DNA of 64,000 bases, taken from NCBI GenBank assembly GCA_963789475.1, contig CAWBLO010000015.1, positions 35,414 through 99,413 on the forward strand, in the 5' to 3' direction. Positions 63,285 to 64,000 of this stretch are shown piece after piece. Below the pieces are notes generated by a model that saw only the letters and a list, made by a program, of their open reading frames with translations, ran no database searches and was not told where the DNA came from. The DNA is from an uncultured Gammaproteobacteria bacterium. GTDB lineage: Bacteria; Pseudomonadota; Gammaproteobacteria; Methylococcales; Methylomonadaceae. The stretch's first letter is position 1, and each line of letters begins with the position of its first letter. The translations under genes were made by a program, and so were the position numbers.

Positions 63285-64000
63285 TTATAAACCTGTTTTG
63301 TGCGCCCGCGCGCTAAAGAAAATACCGTTGGGTTTTTGGGCGGGCAGGCGGGTGATTTCCTGCAAAGTGTCGGTATCATAAACAACCAGTTGATTGTCAT
63401 CCCTTACCGCAACCCAGACTTGTTCGCCGCGCGGCGTAAATTCCATGTGCAGAACCGCTTTGCCGGGCGTCAGGTTTTTGATTAACGATAAATCTTTAAC
63501 ATCGATAACTTGTAATTGATTGTTATCGGGCATGGCGAAATTGACCCAAACTTGCCGTCCATCCGGTCTGGCCATCACAAAAACCGGTTGTCCGGGAACC
63601 GGTATGGCTTTGATCAGTTTCCAGTTCTGTTTGTCGATGACTAACACTTCGTGCTTGCCGATGGCCGGGACAAACACGTAGTCACCCGCTACCGCCCAGC
63701 CTTCCAGATGCGGCATTTTATAAACAGGCAGTTTCTCTTCGTCTTTAACGTAGCCGGGCAGGATACGTTTTACGCCGGCTTTGGTGTCCCATAAATCCAG
63801 TAATGCCATGCCGCTTTCACCAAATAAACCGGCAATATAATAACGGCCGTCGGGTGAAATCAAGGCGTCGTAAGGCAGTTTGCCGATATTTTTGAATTTT
63901 TCAATCACCGGTTTTTGCGGGTTTTTCATATCCAGCGTCCAGATTTCGCCGGCATCAAACAGGCTGAAAACAAAACGCTGTCCAGGCGCATCCACCAGAC
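63285..64000 (-). CDS. nirF: Heme d1 biosynthesis protein NirF (5' part outside window)
   Basis: PYDALISPDGRYY, LPVYKMPHLEGW, GQPVF..RPDGRQVWVNF and HMEFTPRG motifs. Confidence 0.93.
   Translation of the reverse strand, partial: LVDAPGQRFVFSLFDAGEIWTLDMKNPQKPVIEKFKNIGKLPYDALISPDGRYYIAGLFGESGMALLDLWDTKAGVKRILPGYVKDEEKLPVYKMPHLEGWAVAGDYVFVPAIGKHEVLVIDKQNWKLIKAIPVPGQPVFVMARPDGRQVWVNFAMPDNNQLQVIDVKDLSLIKNLTPGKAVLHMEFTPRGEQVWVAVRDDNQLVVYDTDTLQEITRLPAQKPNGIFFSARAHKTGL

Overview
This looks like a chromosomal window from a gammaproteobacterial methanotroph (Methylococcales, Methylobacter-like). That call is inferred from the PPi-dependent PFK, a MoxY/MoxX-like two-component pair with MxaD-like and DUF3280 genes, and the repeat families. 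The window opens inside a CRISPR array (9 identical 36-bp repeats ending ATTAAGAC, type III-like; no cas genes in view) whose spacers share an unusual homopolymer-free composition. It then contains MIF, a tiny Met-rich membrane ORF, methanol-regulon-like genes, an FGE/CLec protein, a divergent Aer-like chemoreceptor and a TPAT-type TRAP transporter. A type III restriction-modification locus follows, with a DNA-binding protein plus Doc-type toxin between mod and res and four palindromic repeats read in frame inside mod. Further on are housekeeping blocks (pyrD, galE, corC-ybeY-phoH-miaB, trhP, ispH, tusBE, pfp, dapB-dnaJ-dnaK-grpE-hrcA), low-oxygen and sulfur genes (SQR, PFOR, heme d1 nirFDLGH), a decayed integron-cassette-like patch next to a repeat-flanked MNT-HEPN module, a solitary dynamin-like GTPase and an RNase T2. 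At least ten genes, including dnaK, carry 1-2 nt frameshifts, which most likely reflect consensus errors. All product calls come from motif recognition; no database searches were run.
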